Source: an uncultured Bacteroidales bacterium (GTDB lineage Bacteria > Bacteroidota > Bacteroidia > Bacteroidales > UBA1402). From it: a DNA stretch of 64,000 nt. The notes below the pieces were generated by a model. It was not told the DNA's origin. It worked only from the letters and a program-made list of their open reading frames with translations, and made no database searches. The DNA lies in the NCBI GenBank assembly GCA_942493385.1, contig OW818699.1:1686808-1750807 (forward strand). Reading direction: 5' to 3'. This document shows positions 8,768 to 18,141 of this stretch, piece after piece. The translations under genes were made by a program, and so were the position numbers. How positions within the stretch are numbered: position 1 is the stretch's first letter; each line of letters opens with the position of its first letter.

Positions 8768-10753
8768 ATGCGACAGACTCATCATAGGCTTTTGGTTCTA
8801 ATCCTGCTGGTACTTGCGACCGGCAGGATGACGAACCTGCAAGCCGCTAGTGTGTCTGCACCCCCGGTACCGTATGAAGAAATGACCTATTCGCCTACGG
8901 GAACGACTTTTACAGTATGGTCGCCCAATGCCACGCAGGTTCGGGTTAATTTGTACAAAGAGGGCAGGGGAGGAGAAGCCTATCAGGAGATCCAACTTAA
9001 AAAAGAAGACCGAGGTTTCTGGAAAATGCACCTGCCTTCCGACCTCAAGGGCCTTTTCTATACGTTTCGAATTCTCTACAAAGACAACTGGCTGGGCGAA
9101 ACACCTGGCATTCTGGCTCGAGCAGTCGGTGTGAACGGTGCTCGCGGTGCCATCATCGATCTGAAACAGACCAATCCGCCGGATTGGGCATCGGATCAAC
9201 GCCCTGAAATGGGACCAAGTACCGACCTTTTGCTTTATGAACTGAACCTGCGTGATTTTTCCATGGGTAAACAGTCTGGCATGGTGAACAAGGGTAAGTA
9301 TTTGTCTTTGACCGAAGCTGGATCCACCAACAGCAATGCATTCTGCACAGGAATCGATCATCTAGTGGATTTTGGAGTAACCCACGTGCTCTTGATGCCG
9401 GTTTTTGATTTCGAAACAGACGATGAATCCAGACCAAAAGACGTCATCCGAAGCTGGAATTACCAACCCATCAATTTCAACGTGCCCGAAGGCATGTATT
9501 CCACCAAACCCTTCGATCCGGTTTCCCGCATCCTGGAATTCAAACAGATGGTTCAAGCGATGCACAAGGCAGGTCTCCGTGTGGTGATGGATGTAACTTT
9601 CGGACATACTTCCAATGTTCAGGAAAGCGGATTTTCGCTCACCCTTCCAGGTCTATGTTATCGGCTGAAGCCCGATGGCAGCCTTTCCAATGCTTCAGGA
9701 TATGGCAACGAACTGGCCACCGAACAACCTTTCACTAGGCAATATATTTTGCAAACGCTCCAATATTGGATCAAAGAATACCACCTGGATGGGTTTCGTT
9801 TCGACCAAATGGGGGTTATGGATATAGAAACCATCAATCAAATCAAGAAATCGATAGATGCCATCGATCCAACAATCTTCATTTGCGGTATTGGCGACGC
9901 CATCAATCCCTCCATCCTGCCAGAAATGGATCGTGCCTTGGCTTCCAACACCAAATTAATGCCTGGCATTGCCGTGTTTGACAAGGAATGGGAAAATGCG
10001 CTTCGAGGCAGTTCCAACGATTCAACAGACGCCGGTTTCCTACAAGGTCGTCCCGATTTGGAAGAATTCGTCCGCTTCGGAATTGTCGGCGGAATTCGTC
10101 ACCCTCAAGTAAATGCTGCAAATTCACCCGGTTTTATGGTCAACTACGCTGCGTCTCCCAAGGAAGTGATTCAGTATGCTTCCACGCATGTTGGCTTTAC
10201 GCTTTTCGATCAACTCAATGCTGGTCGAAAGGAAACGATGCAGCAAGTAACTAAGCGTGCAAAACTAGCCAACAGTCTGGTAATGACTTCCCAGGGCATT
10301 CCCTTTGTATTTTCAGGTGAAGAAATGATGCGCAGCCGCGGTGGCATTTCAAATACTGCTATGACACCCGACTCCCTAAGCCGTTTGGACTGGAAAAACA
10401 AAACCTATTACAACGATGTTTATGAGTTTTGCCGAGGCATGGTGGAGTTAAGAAAGCTGCACCCAGCTTTTCGAATGGCTTCTGCCACCCAAATACAAAA
10501 AAACCTGCGATTTTTAAATGCACCAGAAAAATGCGTGGTGGCTTATGTTCTTGAACCTCAATCGAATGGAGACTCTTGGAAAAGCATCTTGGTGATCCAT
10601 AATTCAAACGATCATCCAGTGAGCGTGCAGGTTCCTCCAGGTAAATGGACTACCGTCGTTCAAGATGGAAAAGTGGACATTTTGGGAATATCGGTATTTG
10701 ATGGAACACAAGCAAATGTTCCTCCGATTTCTACCCTGGTCGCTTATCAATAA
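8768..10753 (+). CDS. GH13 type-I-pullulanase-like protein, predicted catalytically impaired
   Basis: Start taken at the ATG at 8768, followed by a signal peptide (LLVLILLVLATG). GH13 region I VMDVTFGH and region II DGFRFDQMG are present. Region III reads ICGIGD where pullulanases have YGEGW. Region IV reads YASTHVGFTLFD where they have YVxxHDNxTLWD. Confidence 0.75.
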   Translation: MRQTHHRLLVLILLVLATGRMTNLQAASVSAPPVPYEEMTYSPTGTTFTVWSPNATQVRVNLYKEGRGGEAYQEIQLKKEDRGFWKMHLPSDLKGLFYTFRILYKDNWLGETPGILARAVGVNGARGAIIDLKQTNPPDWASDQRPEMGPSTDLLLYELNLRDFSMGKQSGMVNKGKYLSLTEAGSTNSNAFCTGIDHLVDFGVTHVLLMPVFDFETDDESRPKDVIRSWNYQPINFNVPEGMYSTKPFDPVSRILEFKQMVQAMHKAGLRVVMDVTFGHTSNVQESGFSLTLPGLCYRLKPDGSLSNASGYGNELATEQPFTRQYILQTLQYWIKEYHLDGFRFDQMGVMDIETINQIKKSIDAIDPTIFICGIGDAINPSILPEMDRALASNTKLMPGIAVFDKEWENALRGSSNDSTDAGFLQGRPDLEEFVRFGIVGGIRHPQVNAANSPGFMVNYAASPKEVIQYASTHVGFTLFDQLNAGRKETMQQVTKRAKLANSLVMTSQGIPFVFSGEEMMRSRGGISNTAMTPDSLSRLDWKNKTYYNDVYEFCRGMVELRKLHPAFRMASATQIQKNLRFLNAPEKCVVAYVLEPQSNGDSWKSILVIHNSNDHPVSVQVPPGKWTTVVQDGKVDILGISVFDGTQANVPPISTLVAYQ

Positions 10754-10755
10754 AT

Positions 10756-11376
10756 TTAGTGGATTACGTAGGTGCAGCGTCGATTGCCTTTCGCGGAATT
10801 TTCGGTACGCTCAATATGTAGCTTTTCTCCCAAAAGTTTATGGATGTTTTCGATTTCACCCTTGCAGAACCCGTTGCACTGGGCAGCAGCTTTGCCAATA
10901 GGGCAGTTGTTGTTTATGAAAAGCCAATAATCTCCCTCTTTGCTCCATTCGGCCATATAGCCCTCCCGAATCCTTATTTCTGTTAGCAGTTCCAACTTCT
11001 CATCCAACGAAGTTGCATTTTCAAGTGCCTTCTCATAGCGTTCAAAATCTTTTAATTTCTTGTCATCCAGCAGCAATTGAAGTGTATCAGGGCCCAATAG
11101 GCGTTGTACCGTTTCCAATAATTGTACGGTTAGGTTGGCATGATTGTCGGGGAATTGCTTGCCGGATAATGCGGTCAGACTGTACAAAATGGTGGGACGT
11201 CCCACACCCTTGGTACGACTTTCCGATTTAACGAACCCATGTTCTTCCAATTTCAGCAAGTGCAATCGCATGCCCTCACTGGTCATTCCGAAGTCTTTGG
11301 CCAAAACCGCAGCGGTCATGGAACCATTTATTTTCAAATGATTCAGAATCTTTTCGGGTGTCTTGTTGACATTCAT
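10756..11376 (-). CDS. Winged-HTH regulator with C-terminal Cys-rich sensor domain (COG2345/SufR-like)
   Basis: N-terminal wHTH (...GRPTILYSLT). The C-terminus carries four Cys (NNNCPI, AAQCNGFC, RRCTY). It is divergent from the sod gene. Confidence 0.55.
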   Translation of the reverse strand: MNVNKTPEKILNHLKINGSMTAAVLAKDFGMTSEGMRLHLLKLEEHGFVKSESRTKGVGRPTILYSLTALSGKQFPDNHANLTVQLLETVQRLLGPDTLQLLLDDKKLKDFERYEKALENATSLDEKLELLTEIRIREGYMAEWSKEGDYWLFINNNCPIGKAAAQCNGFCKGEIENIHKLLGEKLHIERTENSAKGNRRCTYVIH

Positions 11377-11419
11377 AGAATAAAATTGAAAAAGACAAGT
11401 AAAAACTTGGCAAATGTAC

Positions 11420-11427
11420 TATATTTG
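11420..11427 (+). promoter_or_regulatory. -7 box TATATTTG upstream of sod
   Basis: Matches TAnnTTTG, in the divergent regulator/sod intergenic region. Confidence 0.3.
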
Positions 11428-11451
11428 TGTTAAACAAACAACATAAATAGT

Positions 11452-12108
11452 ATGATAAACCTATTAATTCTCGGAATTAGCTTTCTGAATCTCACCATAT
11501 TGTCGTCTACATTGCCTGCAATGCCCTACGCGTATGATGCGCTGGAACCCAACATCGATGCAAAAACGATGGAAATTCATTACTCCAAGCATTATCAAAC
11601 CTACCTGACCAACTTTACAAAGGCTATAGCTGGTACGCCTGCAGAAGAAAAATCGGTGGAGGAAATCATGGCAACGGCCGATAAGAATGTGCCTGCCATC
11701 CGAAACAATGGGGGTGGCTATTACAATCACAACTTGTACTTTTCACTCTTGTCTCCGACACCGGCTTTGGCACCCTCGGGACCTCTGGCTCTGGCCATCG
11801 ACGCCAAATGGGGTAGCCTTGACAAATTCAAGGAAGCCATCAACAAAGCGGCTATGGGTCGATTCGGTTCAGGTTGGGCTTGGCTTGTCGTTCAAAATGG
11901 TGTGCTCGACATTTGCTCCACCCCCAATCAGGACAATCCACTCATGCCCGATGCCGGTTGCAGCGGAAAGCCAATCCTGTGCATCGATGTATGGGAGCAT
12001 GCCTATTATTTGAAGTTCCAGAATCGCCGTGCAGATTACCTCACTGCCTTCTGGAATGTCATGGATTGGGATGTTGTTGAGGCACTTTACGAGAAAGCCG
12101 TGCAATAA
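11452..12108 (+). CDS. sodA: Superoxide dismutase, Mn/Fe family (Mn-type or cambialistic signature)
   Basis: [42 protein letters not shown] and DVWEHAYYL carry all four metal ligands. The GG and NQD features are Mn-type. The start is ambiguous: the ATG at 11452 adds a hydrophobic 17-aa extension, the TTG at 11500 would give [10 protein letters not shown] (like E. coli SodA MSYTLPSLPY), and the ATG at 11521 would truncate the conserved N-terminus. Confidence 0.9.
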   Translation: MINLLILGISFLNLTILSSTLPAMPYAYDALEPNIDAKTMEIHYSKHYQTYLTNFTKAIAGTPAEEKSVEEIMATADKNVPAIRNNGGGYYNHNLYFSLLSPTPALAPSGPLALAIDAKWGSLDKFKEAINKAAMGRFGSGWAWLVVQNGVLDICSTPNQDNPLMPDAGCSGKPILCIDVWEHAYYLKFQNRRADYLTAFWNVMDWDVVEALYEKAVQ

Positions 12109-12171
12109 TTTCAGAATGATCGTTGGGTTTTCGGAATTTTTGTATCTTGGGAAGCCTAAACGCTCAGCTAA

Positions 12172-13191
12172 ATGAATATTCCGAAAAACCTGACTACTTT
12201 GGTGGCAGACAAGATACGTCTGGCTCAGACCGGTCTTGCCTATGATGAAGTGATTCTCGAAGACACCCATGTTCCGGTTCTGAAAAACGAATACCTGCTT
12301 TTTCTGAAACCTGAAATCACGATGCCTTCCGAAACCGTTCAACTTGAACCCGTCATCGACCTGATACTGGAACAAATGGACGCCTTCGGTTTTGTCATTC
12401 ACGATGTTCGCATCCTGGCTGCCAGTTATTTGGAAGCATTCAATCTTATTGATCAGCATTACGGTGTCATATCTCTGGTTTCCAATCAGGGCTTAATCGC
12501 AATGACAGAAGGCGCAAAAGCCCGCTTCAAGGAGCTATTTGGCGTGGAAGCCGATGAGTCCAACGTGTTGGGCGGTATGGAGTTCCTCCGGAAATACCCC
12601 TTCTTCAATTTCCATTCACTGGACTGTATGTGGCAAAATTCCGAGAACTTGAAGTTGGCCAGCGGCACCTACGTGGAAAAACTTCGGATAGACCAAGAAA
12701 CCGTCTATGTGCTCAACGCCTTTCACCCCAAACAACTCAGGCATTTTACGGAACCTGGACGCAGCATCGTCCTGTTCAATATTTCAGGAGACCGATCTTG
12801 GAAAGAAGCCAGGGAATCTTTTGCTGGCGCCACCGATCCAAGAAAGGCCGTTTCAGGCAGCCTCCGCCGTCTTTTGATGGAACACAAGGAGGAATTCGGC
12901 ATTCCCGAAGTGTCTCAGAGTTTCAACGGCATCCACCTTTCTGCAGGACCAGTTGAGGCACTGATCGAATTGCACCGATTTGATTCCGATCATTCCAGCC
13001 CCGAAGGTGAAAGCGATTTCAAAGACTTCTCCTTCGGAAAGGACTTGATCAAAACGTTCGGTGAAATACCCGAAGCGTTGCTGAACAATGAAACGATCGA
13101 ATTGGATGGCAAATCAACTTCTATATTTGACCTTACTGAAAATCTCGATTCTGACCAAGCGCTTCTTTTGTTGCAAAAATGTTTGAAATGA
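12172..13191 (+). CDS. NDK-fold (nucleoside-diphosphate-kinase-like) domain protein with insertions
   Basis: By hand alignment to NDK: YLLFLKPEIT matches TFIMIKPDGV, GATDPRKAVSGSLRR matches GETNPADSKPGTIRG, and FNGIHLSAGPVEA matches RNIIHGSDSVKSA with the His retained. Function unknown. Confidence 0.4.
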   Translation: MNIPKNLTTLVADKIRLAQTGLAYDEVILEDTHVPVLKNEYLLFLKPEITMPSETVQLEPVIDLILEQMDAFGFVIHDVRILAASYLEAFNLIDQHYGVISLVSNQGLIAMTEGAKARFKELFGVEADESNVLGGMEFLRKYPFFNFHSLDCMWQNSENLKLASGTYVEKLRIDQETVYVLNAFHPKQLRHFTEPGRSIVLFNISGDRSWKEARESFAGATDPRKAVSGSLRRLLMEHKEEFGIPEVSQSFNGIHLSAGPVEALIELHRFDSDHSSPEGESDFKDFSFGKDLIKTFGEIPEALLNNETIELDGKSTSIFDLTENLDSDQALLLLQKCLK

Positions 13192-13244
13192 TTTTTGTTC
13201 GTACAAGTTTTCCGCAGAATGATTGTATTAGAAATTGAATTGAG

Positions 13245-13252
13245 TAATTTTG
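13245..13252 (+). promoter_or_regulatory. -7 box TAATTTTG upstream of the V4R/kinase pair
   Basis: Matches TAnnTTTG, 18 nt upstream of the ATG at 13270. Confidence 0.3.
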
Positions 13253-13269
13253 AAGATATTTTGTAAGAC

Positions 13270-13779
13270 ATGAGCAAAGAACTTTTTTCTTGGTCTGAGT
13301 TGGGCGATATTGAGGAAGGTCGCCCCAATTTGGGTTTGTTTACACGAGTCGAAGTATATCGGTTGATGCAGTACACCATGAGAGCCGTGCTGGACGATGA
13401 GTATGGCGACGCTGAAACCCGACGCTTGCTTATCAAAGCCGGGCGCTTGTCTGGTGAGGAATTTTGCAAGAATAAGCTTGATGTTACGTTGCCAATCAAT
13501 AAGTTTATTGCTCGTTTGCATGAGATTCTGGAGGAAATGCGTATTGGCATACTGAAAGTTGAAAAAATTGACCTTGAAAAGATGAGTTTCACGGTCACCG
13601 TTTCCGAAGACCTCGATTGTTCCGGGCTTCCAGTGAACGGTTACACCGTCTGCGATTATGATGAAGGTTTTTTGGCTGGTATTTTTAAAGTCTATACAGG
13701 AAAAGAATTCATAGTAAAGGAAATCGATTGCTGGTCTACCGGCGATCGCACTTGTCGCTTCATCATCAATCCCATTTAA
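13270..13779 (+). CDS. V4R (4-vinyl-reductase-type) ligand-binding domain protein
   Basis: 169 aa. The C-terminal DCWSTGDRTCRFIINP matches the V4R Cys signature. Its stop TAA overlaps the kinase ATG (TAATG at 13777-13781). Confidence 0.55.
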   Translation: MSKELFSWSELGDIEEGRPNLGLFTRVEVYRLMQYTMRAVLDDEYGDAETRRLLIKAGRLSGEEFCKNKLDVTLPINKFIARLHEILEEMRIGILKVEKIDLEKMSFTVTVSEDLDCSGLPVNGYTVCDYDEGFLAGIFKVYTGKEFIVKEIDCWSTGDRTCRFIINPI

Positions 13780-14909
13780 TGGTAGTTATGACTTCAGCCG
13801 ACCATTCTATTCTAAATTCACTGAGCGATGTGCTCAAACAGCTTTTGCAAGGGCGCAAAGGGACTATCCGAATGGATGCTGTTCCTTCCTCGGAAGTGCC
13901 CGAAGTTCAAGAAATTCGTTCCTCTGTTGAATCACTTGTGAATCAATACAATGAAAGTTATGACTTTATTTTGGCAATGGCCAGAGGCGACTTGGAGAAA
14001 GAGCCTCCCAAACAAAATAGTTTTGTCACCCCTTTTAAGCAATTACAAGCAGATTTGAAACATCTGACATGGCAAATACAACAGATTTCTGAAGGTGACC
14101 TTGAGCAAAAAGTTTCATTCTCAGGCGATTTTTCACTTGCTATCAACCGGATGATTGAATCCCTTCGCGAAAAGCAACGCATCAGCGAATTGAACGAAAA
14201 ATACTTGGAAGATCTTAAAGAGTTGAATGCCAGTAAAGATAAATTGTTTTCCATCATTGCCCACGATCTTAAGAATCCATTCTCCGGATTGCTGAATCTC
14301 AGTGAATTGATTGTAAAGGATGTGCAAGATAAGAAGTACGATTCTGTAGAGGAATATGCATCCCTGCTTAAAACCTTCTCCGTTCAGGGATATAAATTAT
14401 TGATTAACCTTCTTGATTGGGCCAAAGTACAGTCCAACTCCATTTTAATAACTCTTAAACCCGTACAATTAAGTACTTTAGCTGAAGAAAATCGAGAGTT
14501 GATCGTGTCTGCTGCGATTCAAAAAAACATTTCCATTGTTTACAACATACCTGAGGAACTTCAAATCATTGCCGATTCCAACATGCTTCAGACCGTTTTA
14601 AGGAATTTACTGAGCAATGCAGTCAAATTTACTCCTGATAATGGTATTGTAACCCTTTCGGCAGTAAAAGTGGATGATAAGGTTTTGATCCGAGTTCATG
14701 ATACCGGTGTGGGCATTCAAGCCGTAAACCTGAAACGCTTGTTCCGCATTGACACCAGTTTCAGCACCAACGGCACCAACAATGAGTTTGGAACTGGTCT
14801 GGGTTTGATTTTATGCATGGATTACCTCAAGAAAATGGATAGTGATATTCAAGTGGAAAGCGAAGTGGGCAAGGGGTCTACCTTTAGTTTCTCGCTTCCG
14901 CTGGCCTAA
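13779..14909 (+). CDS. Soluble sensor histidine kinase (HAMP-like linker, HisKA, HATPase_c)
   Basis: H-box FSIIAHDLKNPF, N-box LLSNAVKFTPDNG, G1 HDTGVGI and G2 GTGLGL are all present. I saw no TM segment. The start is taken at the ATG overlapping the V4R stop. Confidence 0.85.
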   Translation: MVVMTSADHSILNSLSDVLKQLLQGRKGTIRMDAVPSSEVPEVQEIRSSVESLVNQYNESYDFILAMARGDLEKEPPKQNSFVTPFKQLQADLKHLTWQIQQISEGDLEQKVSFSGDFSLAINRMIESLREKQRISELNEKYLEDLKELNASKDKLFSIIAHDLKNPFSGLLNLSELIVKDVQDKKYDSVEEYASLLKTFSVQGYKLLINLLDWAKVQSNSILITLKPVQLSTLAEENRELIVSAAIQKNISIVYNIPEELQIIADSNMLQTVLRNLLSNAVKFTPDNGIVTLSAVKVDDKVLIRVHDTGVGIQAVNLKRLFRIDTSFSTNGTNNEFGTGLGLILCMDYLKKMDSDIQVESEVGKGSTFSFSLPLA

Positions 14910-14929
14910 CCAACCGATCGTTTAATACC

Positions 14930-15709
14930 ATGAACAGTCGAAAAATACGATTACTATTAGTCCTTTTTGTCGGACTCTTTTCCTGTTCGCCACCAATTTG
15001 GAATAAGTTGCAAAAAAGAGCGGCCAAAGCACCAGACTTTCAAGGTATACTGAACAGTGCGAAACCAACCTTGCTGGCCAAAGGCGATTTTTCAAATTGG
15101 CAGCTTCAATGGTTGGAAGAAGCCGAAAAGCCAGCCCGAATCCAATACTTAGCCAAAGATACCGCATTGGACATCGTTGCTCCAAAAGGTCTTACACTCT
15201 GGTTCAAGGATCCTTTTCAAGGAAATGTGACGTTTCGCTACCAAATGCGAGCTGTTTCCGGTCCCGATTCGCTGGATCGTTGCAGTGACCTGAATTGCTT
15301 CTGGATGGCTTCCGATCCGCTGCATCCCAATTCGATTTTTGCCCGCAAGGATTTCCGCGGTGGCGTTTTCGGCAAATCGTACAGCCTGGTGCTCTATTAC
15401 ATGGGCTTCGGCGGCAATAACAATACGACGACTCGTTTTAGAAAATACGATGGCGATTACGATGCTTTTATCCAAGGAAGGCAACGTCCGTCCATTCTGA
15501 AGGAATATACGGATTCGGAGCATCTCATCAAGCCAAACCACTGGTATTCGGTAGTTATCATCGTACATGACGGCTTGGTTGAATATTGGGTTGATGATGA
15601 ACTACTTGTTCATTATCAGGATGCTATACCCCTGACGAAGGGTTGGTTTGGTTTCAGAACTACTCAGAATCACCTTCAGATACGGCATTTCACTGTTGAA
15701 AGACCCTAA
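14930..15709 (+). CDS. Lipoprotein, concanavalin-A-like/DUF1961-DUF6250-like
   Basis: Lipobox VGLFSC. The body is beta-rich with W/F-rich motifs. The family name is a recollection only. Confidence 0.35.
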   Translation: MNSRKIRLLLVLFVGLFSCSPPIWNKLQKRAAKAPDFQGILNSAKPTLLAKGDFSNWQLQWLEEAEKPARIQYLAKDTALDIVAPKGLTLWFKDPFQGNVTFRYQMRAVSGPDSLDRCSDLNCFWMASDPLHPNSIFARKDFRGGVFGKSYSLVLYYMGFGGNNNTTTRFRKYDGDYDAFIQGRQRPSILKEYTDSEHLIKPNHWYSVVIIVHDGLVEYWVDDELLVHYQDAIPLTKGWFGFRTTQNHLQIRHFTVERP

Positions 15710-15826
15710 AACACCTTTTTTTTTCGCTGCATATTTTTACAGTATCATGTCGGATAAATATGCACTTAAATTCAATTTTTGTGCATTTTTTCGGACTATT
15801 TTTGCCTTTGCCCCCGATAAAACCGT

Positions 15827-15834
15827 TAACTTTG
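15827..15834 (+). promoter_or_regulatory. -7 box TAACTTTG upstream of the mce operon
   Basis: Matches TAnnTTTG. TTTG elements at 15801-15804 and 15807-15810 are possible -33 boxes. Confidence 0.3.
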
Positions 15835-15885
15835 CAGCGTTTTAAAAAACCGGTTATTAACCTTTGTCCGGGCTTGAAAACGTGA

Positions 15886-15901
15886 GTAGCCCATGGGCTA
15901 C
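15886..15901. promoter_or_regulatory. Perfect 16-bp palindrome GTAGCCCATGGGCTAC in the mce leader
   Basis: Read directly. It lies between the putative promoter and the ATG at 15932. Confidence 0.3.
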
Positions 15902-15931
15902 GAACACTCCGGATGAACCATTTTCCAACGT

Positions 15932-16342
15932 ATGAAACCATCGCACATTGAACATCTCGGAATCGCAGTCAACAGCCTTGAAGTAGCCATCCCATTTTAC
16001 GAAAAACTCTTAGGAACTGCATGTTACAACATTGAAGAAGTCCCTGAACAAAAAGTGAAAACTGCATTTTTCATGATCGGTCAAACCAAAATCGAATTGC
16101 TGGAATCGACCGACCCAGAAGGTCCCATCGGAAAATTCCTCGAAAACAAAGGCCCAGGTGTACACCATGTAGCATTCAATGTCGAAGGACTTCAGACTAC
16201 GCTCGAAGAAATTGAAGCCAATGGTATCCGCCTCATTGATAAGACTCCCCGAAAAGGAGCCGAAGGTATGAATATCGCTTTCCTGCATCCGAAGTCCACC
16301 CTTGGTGTTCTGATGGAACTATGTGAAAATCCCAACAAGTAA
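15932..16342 (+). CDS. mce: Methylmalonyl-CoA epimerase (VOC/glyoxalase fold)
   Basis: 136 aa with HIEHLGIAV...FYEKLLG and ...GPGVHHVAF motifs. It sits next to the carboxyltransferase gene. Confidence 0.8.
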   Translation: MKPSHIEHLGIAVNSLEVAIPFYEKLLGTACYNIEEVPEQKVKTAFFMIGQTKIELLESTDPEGPIGKFLENKGPGVHHVAFNVEGLQTTLEEIEANGIRLIDKTPRKGAEGMNIAFLHPKSTLGVLMELCENPNK

Positions 16343-16363
16343 ATTTCAATAATAATTTCACCT

Positions 16364-17917
16364 ATGAGTGCACAACTGGAAAAAGTAAAAGAGTTGATCG
16401 ACTTACGCATTGAAGCGCGTTTGGGCGGTGGTCAAAAAGCCATCGACAAACAGCACGACAAAGGCAAGTACACCGCCCGCGAACGTATCTCGATGTTGCT
16501 GGACGATGGCAGTTTTGAAGAATTCGACATGTTTGTCATACACCGTTGTACCAACTTCGGACAAGACAAAAAACATTTTCTCGGCGACGGCGTCGTAACT
16601 GGCTACGGAACGATCGAAGGCCGTCTGGTTTACGTTTTTGCTCAGGATTTCACCATTTGGGGCGGTTCTCTGTCCGAAACGATGGCCCAAAAGATATGCA
16701 AAGTGATGGACCAAGCCATGAAAATGGGTGCTCCTTGCATCGGTATCAACGACTCTGGTGGTGCCCGTATTCAGGAAGGTATCAACGCTTTGGCCGGTTA
16801 TGCCGAAATTTTCCAACGCAACATCATGGCTTCTGGTGTGATTCCTCAGATTTCCGGTATTTTTGGCCCTTGCGCAGGTGGTGCCGTTTATTCACCCGCT
16901 TTGACCGACTTCACCATCATGACCAAAGGAACTTCCTACATGTTCCTGACCGGTCCCAAAGTAGTCAAAACCGTTACTGGTGAAGACGTTACTCAGGAAC
17001 AACTTGGTGGTGCCTCCGTGCACGCCAGCAAATCCGGTGTCACTCATTTCGCAGTGGACGGCGAGGAAGAAGGTTTGGAACTCATCCGCAAACTCATTTC
17101 CTTCCTGCCACAAAACAACCTCGAAGAAACTCCCCGTCTGAAATGTACCGACCCCATCAACCGTTTGGACGACATTTTGAACGACATCATTCCCGATAGC
17201 CCCAACAAACCGTATGACATGTTCGAAGTTATCGGTGGTGTGGTTGACCACGGTGAATTCATGCAAGTACACGGCGATTTCGCCAAAAACATCATCATCG
17301 GTTTCGCCCGCTTCAACGGTCAAGCTGTTGGTATCGTAGCCAACCAGCCCAAAATGCTGGCCGGTGTGCTTGACAGCAACGCTTCCCGCAAGGCAGCCCG
17401 CTTCGTACGTTTCTGCGACGCCTTCAACATTCCCCTTGTTACACTGGTAGACGTTCCAGGTTTCCTTCCGGGTACCGGTCAGGAATACGGCGGTGTCATC
17501 ACCCACGGTGCCAAATTGCTCTACGCTTACGGCGAAGCAACCGTACCCAAGGTAACCGTTACTCTTCGCAAATCCTATGGTGGAGCACACATCGTAATGA
17601 GCTGCAAGCAATTGCGCGGCGACATCAACTACGCTTGGCCCACGGCTGAAATCGCCGTCATGGGTGCCTCGGGTGCTGTTGAAGTACTGTACGCCAAGGA
17701 AGTTGCCGCTTCTGCCGATCCCGCTGCCACGGCTGCCGCCAAGGAAAAGGAATACGCAGATGCCTTCCAGAATCCTTATCGTGCTGCCCAATACGGCTAC
17801 ATCGACGATGTCATCGAACCACGCAACACGCGTTTCCGCGTGATCCGCGCCCTCGAACAGCTGCAGACCAAGAAATTGGTCAACCCAGCCAAGAAACACG
17901 GTAACATACCCTTATAA
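16364..17917 (+). CDS. Acyl-CoA carboxyltransferase (methylmalonyl-CoA decarboxylase alpha / propionyl-CoA carboxylase beta type)
   Basis: 517 aa with the typical two crotonase-like halves ([22 protein letters not shown]..., [21 protein letters not shown]). Confidence 0.9.
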   Translation: MSAQLEKVKELIDLRIEARLGGGQKAIDKQHDKGKYTARERISMLLDDGSFEEFDMFVIHRCTNFGQDKKHFLGDGVVTGYGTIEGRLVYVFAQDFTIWGGSLSETMAQKICKVMDQAMKMGAPCIGINDSGGARIQEGINALAGYAEIFQRNIMASGVIPQISGIFGPCAGGAVYSPALTDFTIMTKGTSYMFLTGPKVVKTVTGEDVTQEQLGGASVHASKSGVTHFAVDGEEEGLELIRKLISFLPQNNLEETPRLKCTDPINRLDDILNDIIPDSPNKPYDMFEVIGGVVDHGEFMQVHGDFAKNIIIGFARFNGQAVGIVANQPKMLAGVLDSNASRKAARFVRFCDAFNIPLVTLVDVPGFLPGTGQEYGGVITHGAKLLYAYGEATVPKVTVTLRKSYGGAHIVMSCKQLRGDINYAWPTAEIAVMGASGAVEVLYAKEVAASADPAATAAAKEKEYADAFQNPYRAAQYGYIDDVIEPRNTRFRVIRALEQLQTKKLVNPAKKHGNIPL

Positions 17918-17927
17918 TTCTGAACAT

Positions 17928-18122
17928 ATGGCTATTTTTTATAACAGCGAAAAACAAGTGACCGAAGAGGTAGCAGCTGCCATCGGTTTGGCACTGTTCC
18001 ATCTGAACGAAGAAGTTCACGATGTGGAAAACGCCATTTTGACCTTTGGAAGTGCAGGTCGTACCTATTCCCCCTGGAGCTCCAAAATTTACGGTATCCG
18101 TCAGTTGCCCAACAGAAGATAA
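17928..18122 (+). CDS. Small OadG/MmdD-like subunit (no TM helix)
   Basis: 64 aa between the carboxyltransferase and BCCP genes. The EEVAAAIGLALFHL segment resembles the conserved C-terminal part of OadG-family proteins. Confidence 0.35.
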   Translation: MAIFYNSEKQVTEEVAAAIGLALFHLNEEVHDVENAILTFGSAGRTYSPWSSKIYGIRQLPNRR

Positions 18123-18141
18123 AACTAAAAAAAATCATACA

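Noticed and set aside
11452-11520. Hydrophobic N-terminal extension of SOD ([17 protein letters not shown]) as a signal peptide for a periplasmic SOD.
   Set aside because: It has no positively charged n-region and no cleavage motif. A TTG at 11500 gives an N-terminus nearly identical in pattern to cytoplasmic SodA. The question is left as start-site ambiguity.
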